Notes under the pieces: model-generated
The model's database searches: none
What the model saw: only the letters and a program-made list of their open reading frames with translations
What the model was told of the DNA's origin: nothing
IMG/VR virus record: IMGVR_UViG_3300047470_000395
Coordinates: 32,001 to 96,000 of that record
Source of the DNA: a virus
Direction: 5' to 3' (one strand)
DNA length: 64,000 nt
Translations under genes and position numbers: made by a program
Shown: one piece after another, positions 16,082 to 25,049 of the stretch
Numbering within the stretch: position 1 is the stretch's first letter
Layout: each line of letters opens with the position of its first letter

Positions 16082-17374
16082 ATGCCCACCAGCCGTATTC
16101 AGGAGCTGCAGAAGGCGCTCGAGCTCAAGAGCAACGAGGCCGAGCGCATCAGCCAGACTTTCAAGGTCGAGGACGGCGGCCAGTTCATCGTCTCCAGCGA
16201 GCAGGCCAAGGCCTTCCGCAAGGTCTCCGGCGAGGCGCAGGAGATCAAGGCGCTCATCGACGCCGAGCAGGGTCTGACCGAGATCAAGCAGTACCTCGAC
16301 GCCCCGGACGCCCCGCCGGCCGCGGCCGCCCACTACGCCCAGCGCCACACGGGTGTCGAGGAGAAGTCCCTCGGCGACCTGTTCGTCGAGTCCGGCTCCT
16401 ACCAGCGCGCCAACCAGGCCGAGTTCCGTGACAAGCCGTACATCCGCGCCGACATCGAGGGGAAGTCGATCTTTTCCCTGTCCGCGGGCACCGTGTCCCA
16501 CCAGGTCCTCGGCTCCGCGCAGAACCTCGGCATCGCCGAGCGCCCGTTCCGCAAGTTCCACGTGCGGGACCTGTTCCCCAAGTCGACCACCAAGAACCCC
16601 GTCCTGTACGGCGCGCGTGAGACCGGCTGGACGAACTCCGCCCGCCAGGTCAAGGAGCGGTACGCCGCGGACGGTGTCTCGCCGGCGACCGGCGCGGACA
16701 CCGACACCTGGGGTCGGGCCCCGCGTTCCAAGCTGACCCTGACGCCGGTGATGTACCCGGTCGCAGAGGTCGCGCACCTCCTGGACGCGCACAAGAACAT
16801 CCTCAGCGACGAGCCGCGTCTGAAGACGTTCATCAACACCAGGATGGTGGAGGGGGTCAAGTACGCGGAGGACTGGGACCTCTTGCACAGCGTCGGCGAC
16901 GGCCAGTCCCTCACCGGCATCTACAACACCCCCGGCGTCCAGCAGTACACCGGCCTCGCGGCCGACCAGTACTCCGTCCAGATCCGCCGCGCCATCACCA
17001 AGGCGCTGCTGGCCGAGTACGACCCGACCGGCATCGTCCTGTCCCCGACGATGTGGGAGCGCGTCGAGGTCGAGGAGGACAAGAACGGCGCCTTCCGCGT
17101 CGCCATCGCCGTCGCCATCGGTGCCGAAAAGAAGGTGTGGAGGCTGAACGTCGTCGAGACGACCGCGATGGCCGACAGCGACTTCCTGATCGGTGCCTTC
17201 GGTCTCGGCGCGCAGCTCCACGACCGCGAGAACGTGTCCGTGACCGTCTCCTCGGAGAACGCGGACAACTACGAGAAGGGCCTGATCACCTTCCGTGCCG
17301 ACGAGCGCCTGGCGCTCGAGGTCCCGCGGCCGGAGTCGTTCGTCATCGGCTCCTGGACCCAGCCGACCGGCTGA
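16082..17374 (+). CDS. Major capsid protein (HK97 fold, N-terminal coiled-coil delta domain)
   Basis: VRDLFP, AHLLDAHKNILSDEPRLKTFIN, GDGQSLTGIYN, ITFRADERLALEVPRPESF; follows the protease; RBS before ATG 16082. Confidence 0.92.
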   Translation: MPTSRIQELQKALELKSNEAERISQTFKVEDGGQFIVSSEQAKAFRKVSGEAQEIKALIDAEQGLTEIKQYLDAPDAPPAAAAHYAQRHTGVEEKSLGDLFVESGSYQRANQAEFRDKPYIRADIEGKSIFSLSAGTVSHQVLGSAQNLGIAERPFRKFHVRDLFPKSTTKNPVLYGARETGWTNSARQVKERYAADGVSPATGADTDTWGRAPRSKLTLTPVMYPVAEVAHLLDAHKNILSDEPRLKTFINTRMVEGVKYAEDWDLLHSVGDGQSLTGIYNTPGVQQYTGLAADQYSVQIRRAITKALLAEYDPTGIVLSPTMWERVEVEEDKNGAFRVAIAVAIGAEKKVWRLNVVETTAMADSDFLIGAFGLGAQLHDRENVSVTVSSENADNYEKGLITFRADERLALEVPRPESFVIGSWTQPTG

Positions 17375-17387
17375 TCCACGCCGCAGT

Positions 17388-17421
17388 GAGGGGGTGCACC
17401 CGGGTATGGGTGCGCCCCCTC
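17388..17421 (+). terminator. Hairpin after the capsid gene
   Basis: GAGGGGGTGCACCC-GGGTAT-GGGTGCGCCCCCTC. Confidence 0.6.
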
Positions 17422-17455
17422 CCCCGTACCACCGACACGACGACGGAGGACCCTG

Positions 17456-17728
17456 GTGATCGAGAAGCAACTCACTGGACTCGCGGCAGATTTGGACGCG
17501 CTCACCAGCGCCCCGGCCGCTCACCGGGGGCCGCGGTGCCATATCGGGCTTCTTCTGGAGGGCGTGGACGCCGACGTGGCCGAGTCGCTGCGCGCCGTCC
17601 TGGAGACCACCGTGTCCGCCACGGTCATCGCTGAAGCCCTCGGCCGGCACGGCAACCAGGTCACGGCCTGGACGGTCAACAGGCATCGCAGACGCGGAAC
17701 CCCTAACGGATGCAGGTGCCCCCGATGA
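17456..17728 (+). CDS. Small HTH-like protein with terminal Cys/His (possible Zn site)
   Basis: IAEALGRHG...TVNRHRR...CRC; GGAGG RBS; ATGA overlap with the next gene. Confidence 0.65.
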   Translation: MIEKQLTGLAADLDALTSAPAAHRGPRCHIGLLLEGVDADVAESLRAVLETTVSATVIAEALGRHGNQVTAWTVNRHRRRGTPNGCRCPR

Positions 17729-18972
17729 GCCTGAGCACGGAACTGCAGGCGCTCCTCGAGCCGGCCGCCCCGCAGCAGAGCCAGCCCGCCCAGTCGCAGC
17801 GGCCGCCGCAGGGCGCGCCCCGCGGCTGGGAGTCCGGGGTGCGATACGAGCCGGGCGGCACGATGGTCGTCACGGCCCCGCCCGCCGACAGCCCTCCCGC
17901 CGGAGAGGCCGACTGGCGCGAGCGCGTCGAGGAGATGGGTCTCGCCATCCCCGAGGGCTTCCGTGTCCGCCTGGTCGAGGCCAAGCACGACCCCGCCGCC
18001 TGGCACCGCGACGCCCAGGGCGACGACGCCGTCACCCGCGCGGTGTGGCGCTGCCGGTACGTCATCGAACCCGCGGCGCCCGCATGGATGTCCGCTGGCG
18101 ACGTCGACGCCCTGGTCCGCGACGCGATGCGCCGCCGCCGCAAGGCGCGTCCGGCCATCGACACCGCGGAGCGCGCCCTGGTCGTGGTGTACGCCGACGC
18201 CCAGGCCGGGAAGGTGGGCCGGGACGGAGGCACACCGGAGCTCATCGCCCGGATCGCTGAGCGGTTCGACCGACTCGACGACCACGTCCGGGACTTGAAG
18301 GCCGTGGGGCGCGGCCCGTCCGTCGCCTACTGGGCCGACGCCGGAGACTGCGTCGAAGGATTCGAGAACACCACGCAGCAGGCGTTCACTAACGACCTGA
18401 CCTTGACCGAGATGGTCCGCGTCCACCGGCGCGTGACCTTCGAGGGCCTGGACCGTCTCGCCGGGAAGTTCGGCCGTGTCGTCGCCGCGACGTGCGGCAG
18501 CAACCACGCCCGGGTGCGCCGCGGGAAGGACGCCGTGGGCCCGCCGGTCGACGACTGGGGCATTGAGGTCATGTCACAGGTGGCCGACGCCTACGCCCGC
18601 AACGAGGACGCGTACGGGCACGTGTCGTTCGTGATGCCGGAGCGGTGGCGGGACACCGTGAGCCTGGACGTCGCCGGGAAGATCGTGGGCCTGTCCCACG
18701 GCCATCAGTACCCGCGGCCGGAGAAGGCCGGCGACTGGTGGCGCGGGCAGACCTTCGGGCGGCAGCCCGTCGCGGACGCCGACATCCTGATCACGGGGCA
18801 TTACCACCACTTCCGCACCCAGCAGATGGGCAACGGCAGGCTCTGGATTCAGGCCCCGACCCTCGACAACGGTTCCGACTGGTACGCGGTCCGCTCCGGC
18901 GAGGTCTCCACGTCTGGCCTGCTCGTGTTCAGCGTCGGCCCCGAGGGCTGGGACGACCTTCGCATCTTGTGA
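17725..18972 (+). CDS. Calcineurin-like metallophosphoesterase / nuclease
   Basis: ADAQ, AGDCVEG, GSNH, HGH and GHYHH metal-binding motifs. Confidence 0.8.
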   Translation: MSLSTELQALLEPAAPQQSQPAQSQRPPQGAPRGWESGVRYEPGGTMVVTAPPADSPPAGEADWRERVEEMGLAIPEGFRVRLVEAKHDPAAWHRDAQGDDAVTRAVWRCRYVIEPAAPAWMSAGDVDALVRDAMRRRRKARPAIDTAERALVVVYADAQAGKVGRDGGTPELIARIAERFDRLDDHVRDLKAVGRGPSVAYWADAGDCVEGFENTTQQAFTNDLTLTEMVRVHRRVTFEGLDRLAGKFGRVVAATCGSNHARVRRGKDAVGPPVDDWGIEVMSQVADAYARNEDAYGHVSFVMPERWRDTVSLDVAGKIVGLSHGHQYPRPEKAGDWWRGQTFGRQPVADADILITGHYHHFRTQQMGNGRLWIQAPTLDNGSDWYAVRSGEVSTSGLLVFSVGPEGWDDLRIL

Positions 18973-19010
18973 AGAAGACGTAAGGGAGACCGGAAGTTCA
19001 CCGTCCGCGG

Positions 19011-19754
19011 ATGACTTCCACACGACGGTGGCTCCTGACCACCTACAAGGGCACCGGCTACGCCGACACCTACAAGTGGACCCTGCCTGCCTGGGCAGGG
19101 ACCCTCCCCGACGGCCGCAACTACAACACCTGTCCTGGCGCCTCTGTCTGCGCCCCCCTCTGCTACGCCCGTACGGGCACCTACCAGTTCCGCACCGTCA
19201 AGGCGGCCCACGAGGCGAACCTGGTGATGGTCCTGGACGACTTGCCCGGCTGGGAGGCGGCGATGACCGCCGAGCTCCAGCACAAGCGCTACCGGGGCGG
19301 GAAGTTTGTCCGCTGCCACGACGCCGGCGACTTCTTCAGCCCGGAGTACACCGCCGCTTGGATGCGTGTGATGCGCTCCGCGCCCGACGTCACGTTCTAC
19401 GCGTACACCAAGAGCGTCAGCCTCTTTCGCGAGTGCGTGGAACCGGACCCGCCCGCGAACTTCAAGTGGGTGTACTCACTCGGCGGCCGAGAAGACCACT
19501 TGATCGACCTCGAGACCGAGAGGCACGTCGACGTCTTCCCCGACGAGGAAGCCGTCGAAGTCGCCGGCTACACCTCCCGAGGCGACCTAGGGGACCTGGT
19601 CTCGATCCTCGGCCCGCAGAAGGTGGGACTGCCCGCCAACAACATCCGCCACCTCAAGACCAAGCAGGCCGGCAAGCGGTTCAGCGAGCTCGAGCGTGAG
19701 CGGAAGGCGCAGCGCCGCGGGCCCGGCAAGCAGTTCCGCGGCGGACGGCCGTAG
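19011..19754 (+). CDS. Phage Gp88-like (radical-SAM-like Fe-S) protein
   Basis: CPGASVCAPLCYA Cys cluster, RCHDAGDF, FYAYTK. Confidence 0.7.
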   Translation: MTSTRRWLLTTYKGTGYADTYKWTLPAWAGTLPDGRNYNTCPGASVCAPLCYARTGTYQFRTVKAAHEANLVMVLDDLPGWEAAMTAELQHKRYRGGKFVRCHDAGDFFSPEYTAAWMRVMRSAPDVTFYAYTKSVSLFRECVEPDPPANFKWVYSLGGREDHLIDLETERHVDVFPDEEAVEVAGYTSRGDLGDLVSILGPQKVGLPANNIRHLKTKQAGKRFSELERERKAQRRGPGKQFRGGRP

Positions 19755-19763
19755 CGGCAGGAC

Positions 19764-19791
19764 CAAGATCGTTCTTGCCCAATTGGGCAAG
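19764..19791. repeat. 28-bp palindromic motif copy 3 (inverted orientation)
   Basis: CAAGATCGTT-CTTGCCCAATTGGGCAAG. Confidence 0.85.
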
Positions 19792-19825
19792 CGCCACCCG
19801 GCACCGGATCCGTGCCGGACGGCAT

Positions 19826-19853
19826 CAAGATCGTTCTTGCCCAATTGGGCAAG
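19826..19853. repeat. 28-bp palindromic motif copy 4 (inverted orientation)
   Basis: Identical to copy 3, 62 bp downstream. Confidence 0.85.
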
Positions 19854-19870
19854 TGCCCCACCCGGCAGGG

Positions 19871-19901
19871 CGCGACCGTAACCGTCCGGGTGGGGCACGG
19901 T
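19871..19901 (+). promoter_or_regulatory. Putative late promoter
   Basis: CGCGACCGTAACC...CACGGT. Confidence 0.65.
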
Positions 19902-19940
19902 TCCCGCGCCCAACACAGACACGAGAGAGGGGCGTGGAGC

Positions 19941-20432
19941 ATGGGGCTCTACAAGACGGACGGAACCCGGATCACGAAGGCGGCGTTCCCTTCCACCACT
20001 GCAGGCATCACCGACCCCGAGGTGATCGTCACGCAGGACGTATACGCCACCCGTCACAGCGACGAGGGCAGCTACTACACCGGCACCAGCAACGACACGA
20101 AGCCCGAAGGGTCCGTCAAGACCCTCGCCTTCAAGGCCGGGCAGCTCGTGCGACAGTCGGCGATCAATGCCCTGTACCCCCCGGCGGTGATCGACAGCAT
20201 CAGCCCGGCAACCGGCGGTGTCGCCGGAGGCACGGTCGTGACCATCACTGGCAAGAACCTGGACGGCGTCACCTCGGTGACCTTCAACGGAGTCGCGGGC
20301 ACCGCCCTGAACGTCGTCTCCGCCACGAAGCTGACCGTCACCACGCCGGCCGTTACGGCAGGCGTGAGGGACGTCGTCCTGGTCGACGACGCGGGCAACA
20401 CGACCAAGACCGGCGGGTTCACCTACGCCTGA
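19941..20432 (+). CDS. IPT/TIG (Ig-like) domain virion protein
   Basis: IDSISPATGGVAGGTVVTITGKNL...VTFNG...LTVTTPA...FTY. Confidence 0.85.
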   Translation: MGLYKTDGTRITKAAFPSTTAGITDPEVIVTQDVYATRHSDEGSYYTGTSNDTKPEGSVKTLAFKAGQLVRQSAINALYPPAVIDSISPATGGVAGGTVVTITGKNLDGVTSVTFNGVAGTALNVVSATKLTVTTPAVTAGVRDVVLVDDAGNTTKTGGFTYA

Positions 20433-20441
20433 CCCGCACGA

Positions 20442-20477
20442 CAAGGGGCGGCTTCCTACACAGGGGGCCGCCCCTTG
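20442..20477 (+). terminator. Hairpin terminator
   Basis: CAAGGGGCGGC / GCCGCCCCTTG stem. Confidence 0.6.
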
Positions 20478-20485
20478 GCGTAGGG

Positions 20486-20516
20486 CGCGACACAAGCTGT
20501 ACCCGGAGTGCAGGGT
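20486..20516 (+). promoter_or_regulatory. Putative late promoter
   Basis: CGCGACACAAGC...CAGGGT. Confidence 0.65.
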
Positions 20517-20555
20517 GCGCGCCGTCCGGACCGAACCCCCGAGAGGGAGCCACTC

Positions 20556-21143
20556 ATGGCAGGCACCACCGCCCGCACCCGCAAGACCACGGCCAAGACC
20601 ACCGAGGCCGCCCCCGCACAGGAGACCACCGCCGAGGCTGCTCCCGCGCAGGAGACCGCACCCGCCGAGACCACCACCGCGGCCCCCGCCGAGGAGACGA
20701 CCACCGCGGCCCCCGCCGAGGAGACGTCGCCCGCGGTCGAAGACACCCCGGCCGCCGACAGCACCCCGAAGGCGCCCGAGGCCGCTCCGCTCGAACCGCC
20801 GGCCGTCCAGGAAGCCCCGGAGGCCCCGGCAGAGCCCGGCTACGCCAGCCCCACCGACGTCATCCCCGACGAGGCCAACCTGTCCGATGTGATCATCGAC
20901 GACGCCACCAAGGAGCCCCCGGCCGACCCCGGCAGCGTGTTCCGGCCGCTCACCCCGTACGGCTCCACCCTCGTGTGCACCGTGCGCCTGGTCGAGCGGA
21001 CGTACATCGGGCCGCACTCCAACCCCATCGAGCGTCTCCTGCAGCCCGCGGGCGCGCACGTCGCCGAGGGCATCGCCGCGCGGATCCAGGAACGCCTCGA
21101 CGCCCAGGCCGAGCGGCTCGCCGCCCACAGCAGCGAGAAGTAA
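20556..21143 (+). CDS. Hypothetical protein with N-terminal ETT(T)AAPA repeats
   Basis: RBS GAGGGAG; tandem Ala/Pro/Thr/Glu repeats at ~20600-20730. Confidence 0.7.
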   Translation: MAGTTARTRKTTAKTTEAAPAQETTAEAAPAQETAPAETTTAAPAEETTTAAPAEETSPAVEDTPAADSTPKAPEAAPLEPPAVQEAPEAPAEPGYASPTDVIPDEANLSDVIIDDATKEPPADPGSVFRPLTPYGSTLVCTVRLVERTYIGPHSNPIERLLQPAGAHVAEGIAARIQERLDAQAERLAAHSSEK

Positions 21144-21154
21144 GGGGGTGCGGG

Positions 21155-22015
21155 GTGGTCTTCGACTATGAACCCATGTACGGCGGGGCGCAGTACGACC
21201 CCGAACCGGCCGGCGGAGCTGTCAGCCGCCTGGATCTGTACGGCACGGCCGATCGGAGCGGGCCGGTAGTCGCCGCGGCGACGACGGTCACCCGGCTCCG
21301 CGCCGGGGTGTACCGGTTCGACCTGCCCGAGGTGCCGCCCGGCCGCTACTGGGGGATGGTCACCTTCACCCCGAACGACGGGGCCCAGCCGGTCAAGGAC
21401 ACGAGTCCGCGCCTGGACCTGCCCATGGGCATGGGCCTCGTCACCTCCCCCGAGGCCGTCGCCGACCAACTCGGTGTCCCCCTCCCCATCACGCCGGAGC
21501 AGCGCGGCGCCCTGGAGACCGCTATCCGCAACGCGCAGGCCGACGTGGTGAGCCACATCAACCGGCCCATCGTGCCGCGGGCGCTCACCCTGCGCGCCGT
21601 GACGCCGTTCTACACCGGCCGTCTCGACGACGCCGACACCTGGCCCCTGCCCGAGCAGGACGACAACGTCGTGGTGAGCGCCTACCGGGCCAACTCGGAT
21701 GGCACATACGACGTCGACTTCCTGATCGGCCTCAACGGGGCCCGCGAGGAGACGATCGTTCGCTACGTCACCGCGGCGGCCGCGGAGTCCGAGCGGCAGC
21801 GCCCCGGCGGGGTCGGAGCCACCGGCCGCCGAGTGACCTCCGTGAGCGCCGAGGGACAGTCCATCTCCTACGAGAGCGCACCCACCGAGGGACAGGCCGG
21901 AGCGGCGCCCACGCTGGCCTCCCTGAACCGGCTGCGCCGCAGCCTCTACCAGCCTCTCAACCGTCCGGCCCGCCCACCGTGGCCGTACTCCACGTACCGC
22001 GGCCGCGGTCGCTGA
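21155..22015 (+). CDS. Head-tail adaptor-like protein
   Basis: LVTSPEAVADQLG...LETAIRNAQADVVSHINR...VTSVSAEGQSISY; position in the neck region. Confidence 0.6.
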   Translation: MVFDYEPMYGGAQYDPEPAGGAVSRLDLYGTADRSGPVVAAATTVTRLRAGVYRFDLPEVPPGRYWGMVTFTPNDGAQPVKDTSPRLDLPMGMGLVTSPEAVADQLGVPLPITPEQRGALETAIRNAQADVVSHINRPIVPRALTLRAVTPFYTGRLDDADTWPLPEQDDNVVVSAYRANSDGTYDVDFLIGLNGAREETIVRYVTAAAAESERQRPGGVGATGRRVTSVSAEGQSISYESAPTEGQAGAAPTLASLNRLRRSLYQPLNRPARPPWPYSTYRGRGR

Positions 22016-22036
22016 TCCACGAAAGGAGCGTCCCCG

Positions 22037-22672
22037 ATGGGCGACCTCTACCAGTCCTACGGCGAGCTGACCGGCGGCCAGATCGAGGGCATCGACTACC
22101 AACGCACCTGGCGCACGTCCGACGTGTCCACGCTGCTGCACCTGGCCATCCACGGGGGCGGCATAGAGACCGGCACCACCGAACTCGCCGATGCGGCCGC
22201 GGCCGACATCCACGACTTCTACACCCTGGACGCCTTCAAGGCCGCCGGCACGAACACCGACCTGCACATCACGTCGACCCGGTACGACGAACCGCAGGCC
22301 CTCGCCATGGCGGCCGCCGCCACGCACATCGTGTCCTGGCACGGCGCCTCGGGAGCTACGGCCTTCACCTACCTGGGCGGCCGCGACTCCAACCTCCGCG
22401 ACCAGATCGGCCAGTGCCTCCGCGATGCGGGGTTCACGGTGCAGCTCGCCACGGAGGAGCTGAACGGCAACGACCCGACGAACATCTGCAACAAGAACCG
22501 GCGGAGCATGGGCGTCCAGCTCGAGCTGAGCACCACCCAACGCGCCGCGTTCTTCACCGGCGGCGACATGTCCCGGGGCAACCGCAAGAACACCACGGCG
22601 GTGTTCACCTCGTACGTCGCCGCGGTGAAGCTGGGCATCTCCAAGGCCCTCGTCACGGCCGGGGCAGGCTGA
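22037..22672 (+). CDS. Poly-gamma-glutamate hydrolase family protein (PghP-like)
   Basis: AIHGGGIETGTTELA, HITSTRYDEP, SWHG, LNGNDPTNICN, GVQLELS. Confidence 0.85.
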   Translation: MGDLYQSYGELTGGQIEGIDYQRTWRTSDVSTLLHLAIHGGGIETGTTELADAAAADIHDFYTLDAFKAAGTNTDLHITSTRYDEPQALAMAAAATHIVSWHGASGATAFTYLGGRDSNLRDQIGQCLRDAGFTVQLATEELNGNDPTNICNKNRRSMGVQLELSTTQRAAFFTGGDMSRGNRKNTTAVFTSYVAAVKLGISKALVTAGAG

Positions 22673-22674
22673 CC

Positions 22675-23010
22675 ATGGCTGTCGTCCTCCCGAACGCCGT
22701 ACTGACCGTGTACGCCCTCGCCCACCCATGGGCGCGGGACGCCAACGGGGTGCCCGTCCCCCCGAACCCGAACCAGAAGCCGGCCCCGCGCGGCACCTGG
22801 CCCGGGTCGGTCCTGCAGCAGGACGACGGCTCATGGACGGTGCGCCTCGACCCGCAGGCGTGGCCAGTGAAGGACGGCGACACCATCAGCGACGAGACGG
22901 GCCGCTCCTGGACGCTGACCGGCACGCCCCGCAACCACGCGGTACCCGGCTGCCCTGACGTCGACTACGTCCAGGCCGCCGCCACCCTCAACCCGCCCGA
23001 GGTGCTGTGA
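22675..23010 (+). CDS. Head closure/stopper-like protein
   Basis: Small beta-rich protein in the neck region (RDANG...VKDGDTI...W). Confidence 0.55.
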   Translation: MAVVLPNAVLTVYALAHPWARDANGVPVPPNPNQKPAPRGTWPGSVLQQDDGSWTVRLDPQAWPVKDGDTISDETGRSWTLTGTPRNHAVPGCPDVDYVQAAATLNPPEVL

Positions 23011-23546
23011 TGGCGGACGCGAAGTTCACGCCGAACCAGGGTCTCGAGGAGGCCCTGGCCCGGATGCTCGCCCCGTACGTGCAGCGCATCGCGCACCAGG
23101 TCGAGATCGAGGCAAAGCGCCTGGCCCCGCCAACCAAGCGGTGGGTGACCGTCGGCGACGACAAGGTCCGCCCCACCCACGTCGCGGCCCAGGGCCAGGA
23201 GGTCCCCGGGAACCTGCGCTTCACGATCAACTCCATGCGCTGGGACATGGAACACCGCGGAGTCGGGCCCAGCACGTACATGCTCGAGCCCCGCGACGAG
23301 AGCTCCCGGGCCGTGGCCAACATCAAGAACTGCCGCTGCACCACGCACAAGGACCCGCAGGGCATCGCCCGGCACATCAACACCGGCCAGCCGGTCGTGG
23401 CCGGGAAGAAGGTCACCGTCACCGTGTCCGTGCAGGCCCCCCACGTCGTCGAGGCCGAGGTGGGCACCGTGTACCCGGGCAACCTCCGCGCGGACGGCGC
23501 GCACTTCATGTCCCGCGCGGCCGCGATCGTCGCCGCCCGCCGCTGA
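23010..23546 (+). CDS. Tail-completion (HK97 gp10-like) protein containing a MuF-like insert
   Basis: EAKRLAP...APHVVEAEVGT...HFMSRA frame with WVTVGDDKVRPTH...NCRC inside. Confidence 0.6.
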   Translation: MADAKFTPNQGLEEALARMLAPYVQRIAHQVEIEAKRLAPPTKRWVTVGDDKVRPTHVAAQGQEVPGNLRFTINSMRWDMEHRGVGPSTYMLEPRDESSRAVANIKNCRCTTHKDPQGIARHINTGQPVVAGKKVTVTVSVQAPHVVEAEVGTVYPGNLRADGAHFMSRAAAIVAARR

Positions 23547-23549
23547 CCG

Positions 23550-23579
23550 CGCGACACAAGCCGGCCGGGCGCCCACAGT
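23550..23579 (+). promoter_or_regulatory. Putative late promoter (leaderless)
   Basis: CGCGACACAAGCC...CACAGT; ATG at 23587 lies 7 nt downstream. Confidence 0.65.
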
Positions 23580-23586
23580 GCCCGGC

Positions 23587-23859
23587 ATGGCTACGAACCC
23601 CACCACCAGGAAGCCCGCCGCCGAGGCGGAGGACAACACCGAGCCGGTCGCCGAGACCGCCGAGGCCCGCCCGGAGCGCGCCCGCCGCACACCCGACGTC
23701 GTCGGCCCGCCCCTTGGCGACGGCGAAAAGCCGGTCACCGTCACCCTGTCCCACCACCTGCGGATCAACGGCACCGACCATCTGCCGGGCGTCGAGATCC
23801 GCGTGTCCCCCGACTACGCCCGCGGCCTGCGCGGTCAGGGCTACGTCGCCCGCACCTGA
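23587..23859 (+). CDS. Hypothetical virion protein
   Basis: 90-aa ORF, stop overlaps the next start. Confidence 0.6.
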   Translation: MATNPTTRKPAAEAEDNTEPVAETAEARPERARRTPDVVGPPLGDGEKPVTVTLSHHLRINGTDHLPGVEIRVSPDYARGLRGQGYVART

Positions 23860-24284
23860 TGACCGAGCCGACCCTCGCCGACGCCGACCCGGTCTCCGTG
23901 CTCCTGGCGTGGCTGCAGCAGAGCGACGAGGTCGCCGACGCACTCGGCGGCCCCAATCGCGTGTCCGGCATCGCCGAGGCGCCATGGCCGCACCTGGTCA
24001 TCGACCACGGCGCCGGCGGAGACCTGCGTGACCTGAACTGGGCCATCGCACCGGAGGTGACGCTCGAGGTGCACGGGGACCCGGGCGGCTGGCCGGGGAA
24101 GGCCGAACTGCGGAAGATCCTCATGCGCTGCGCCACGGCCGCCAAGGGCGTCGTCGAGGCGCCGCACACGCCCGGCCAACCCGTCATCAACGGGGTGAAG
24201 CCCTCCGGTCTCCTGGTCTGGTCGCCGCTCGTCAACGGCCAACCCAGGTGGCTGATGAACCTCTCAGTGACCCTGCACCCGTGA
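23859..24284 (+). CDS. Tail terminator-like protein
   Basis: 141 aa directly upstream of the tail tube; PWPHLVI...VTLEVHG pattern. Confidence 0.6.
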   Translation: MTEPTLADADPVSVLLAWLQQSDEVADALGGPNRVSGIAEAPWPHLVIDHGAGGDLRDLNWAIAPEVTLEVHGDPGGWPGKAELRKILMRCATAAKGVVEAPHTPGQPVINGVKPSGLLVWSPLVNGQPRWLMNLSVTLHP

Positions 24285-24287
24285 CGA

Positions 24288-24318
24288 CGCGACGTTAACC
24301 ACTCCCGCTCTCCAAGGT
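24288..24318 (+). promoter_or_regulatory. Putative late promoter for the tail tube gene
   Basis: CGCGACGTTAACC...CAAGGT. Confidence 0.7.
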
Positions 24319-24357
24319 GTCCGCGCCCTGACACCGGACACCTTGGAGAGCCCCGTC

Positions 24358-24951
24358 ATGAGTGGCGAGACGATCAACAACAACGAAATCGTTGTCCCCA
24401 GCATCACCCGCGTCTACCTGGGGCCCGTCGGTACGACTGCGCCCGCCGACGCAACCGTGGCGATGCCCGCCGCTCTGCGGAGCGTCGGCCTCACTACCGA
24501 GGACTCGCTCAAGTTCAACTCCGAACCGAACTTCGAGCAGGTCAAGTCCGCCCAGTCCTCGTACCCGACCCGCACGTTCCAGACCTCCGATGCGGCGACC
24601 ATCGAGGTCGACCTGCAGCAGTGGTCCGGCGAGAACTTCAAGGCCGTGTACGGCGGCGGCGACATCGCCGAGATCACGCCCGCCGGCGGCACCGGCACCC
24701 CCAAGCACTACAAGTTCACGCCGCCGCGGATCGGCTCCCGGACCGAGGTGATGGCTGTGGTCGAGGTCATCGACGGCGGCAAGCACTACCGGTACATCAT
24801 CCCCCGCTGCATGCAGATGGAAGGCGTCGCCTCCGACCTCGCGAAGACCAAGGAGGCCGTGCTCCCGTTGCGCCTGGCCGTCCAGGGCGGCGACGACCTG
24901 GATGCCTTCTACGTCCTCACCGACGACCCCGCGTTCGGCCCCGCGGCGTGA
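24358..24951 (+). CDS. Major tail (tube) protein
   Basis: VYLGPVGTTAP...VGLTTEDSLKF...LQQWSGENFKAVYGG; actinophage tail-tube pattern; precedes chaperones and tape measure. Confidence 0.8.
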   Translation: MSGETINNNEIVVPSITRVYLGPVGTTAPADATVAMPAALRSVGLTTEDSLKFNSEPNFEQVKSAQSSYPTRTFQTSDAATIEVDLQQWSGENFKAVYGGGDIAEITPAGGTGTPKHYKFTPPRIGSRTEVMAVVEVIDGGKHYRYIIPRCMQMEGVASDLAKTKEAVLPLRLAVQGGDDLDAFYVLTDDPAFGPAA

Positions 24952-24966
24952 CCTCTCGCGGCAGCG

Positions 24967-24997
24967 CGCGACACAAGCCCCACCGGCTTGGCACTGT
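24967..24997 (+). promoter_or_regulatory. Putative late promoter
   Basis: CGCGACACAAGCC...CACTGT. Confidence 0.65.
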
Positions 24998-25049
24998 CCG
25001 CGCGCTGCCGCACCCCGGCAACCCAGCTACTCAAGAAGAGGTCACCCAC

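Noticed and set aside
19764-19853. Two 28-bp repeats with a 34-bp spacer, superficially a mini CRISPR array
   Set aside because: Only two adjacent copies, the other copies are isolated and in both orientations, and there are no cas genes; better explained as binding sites
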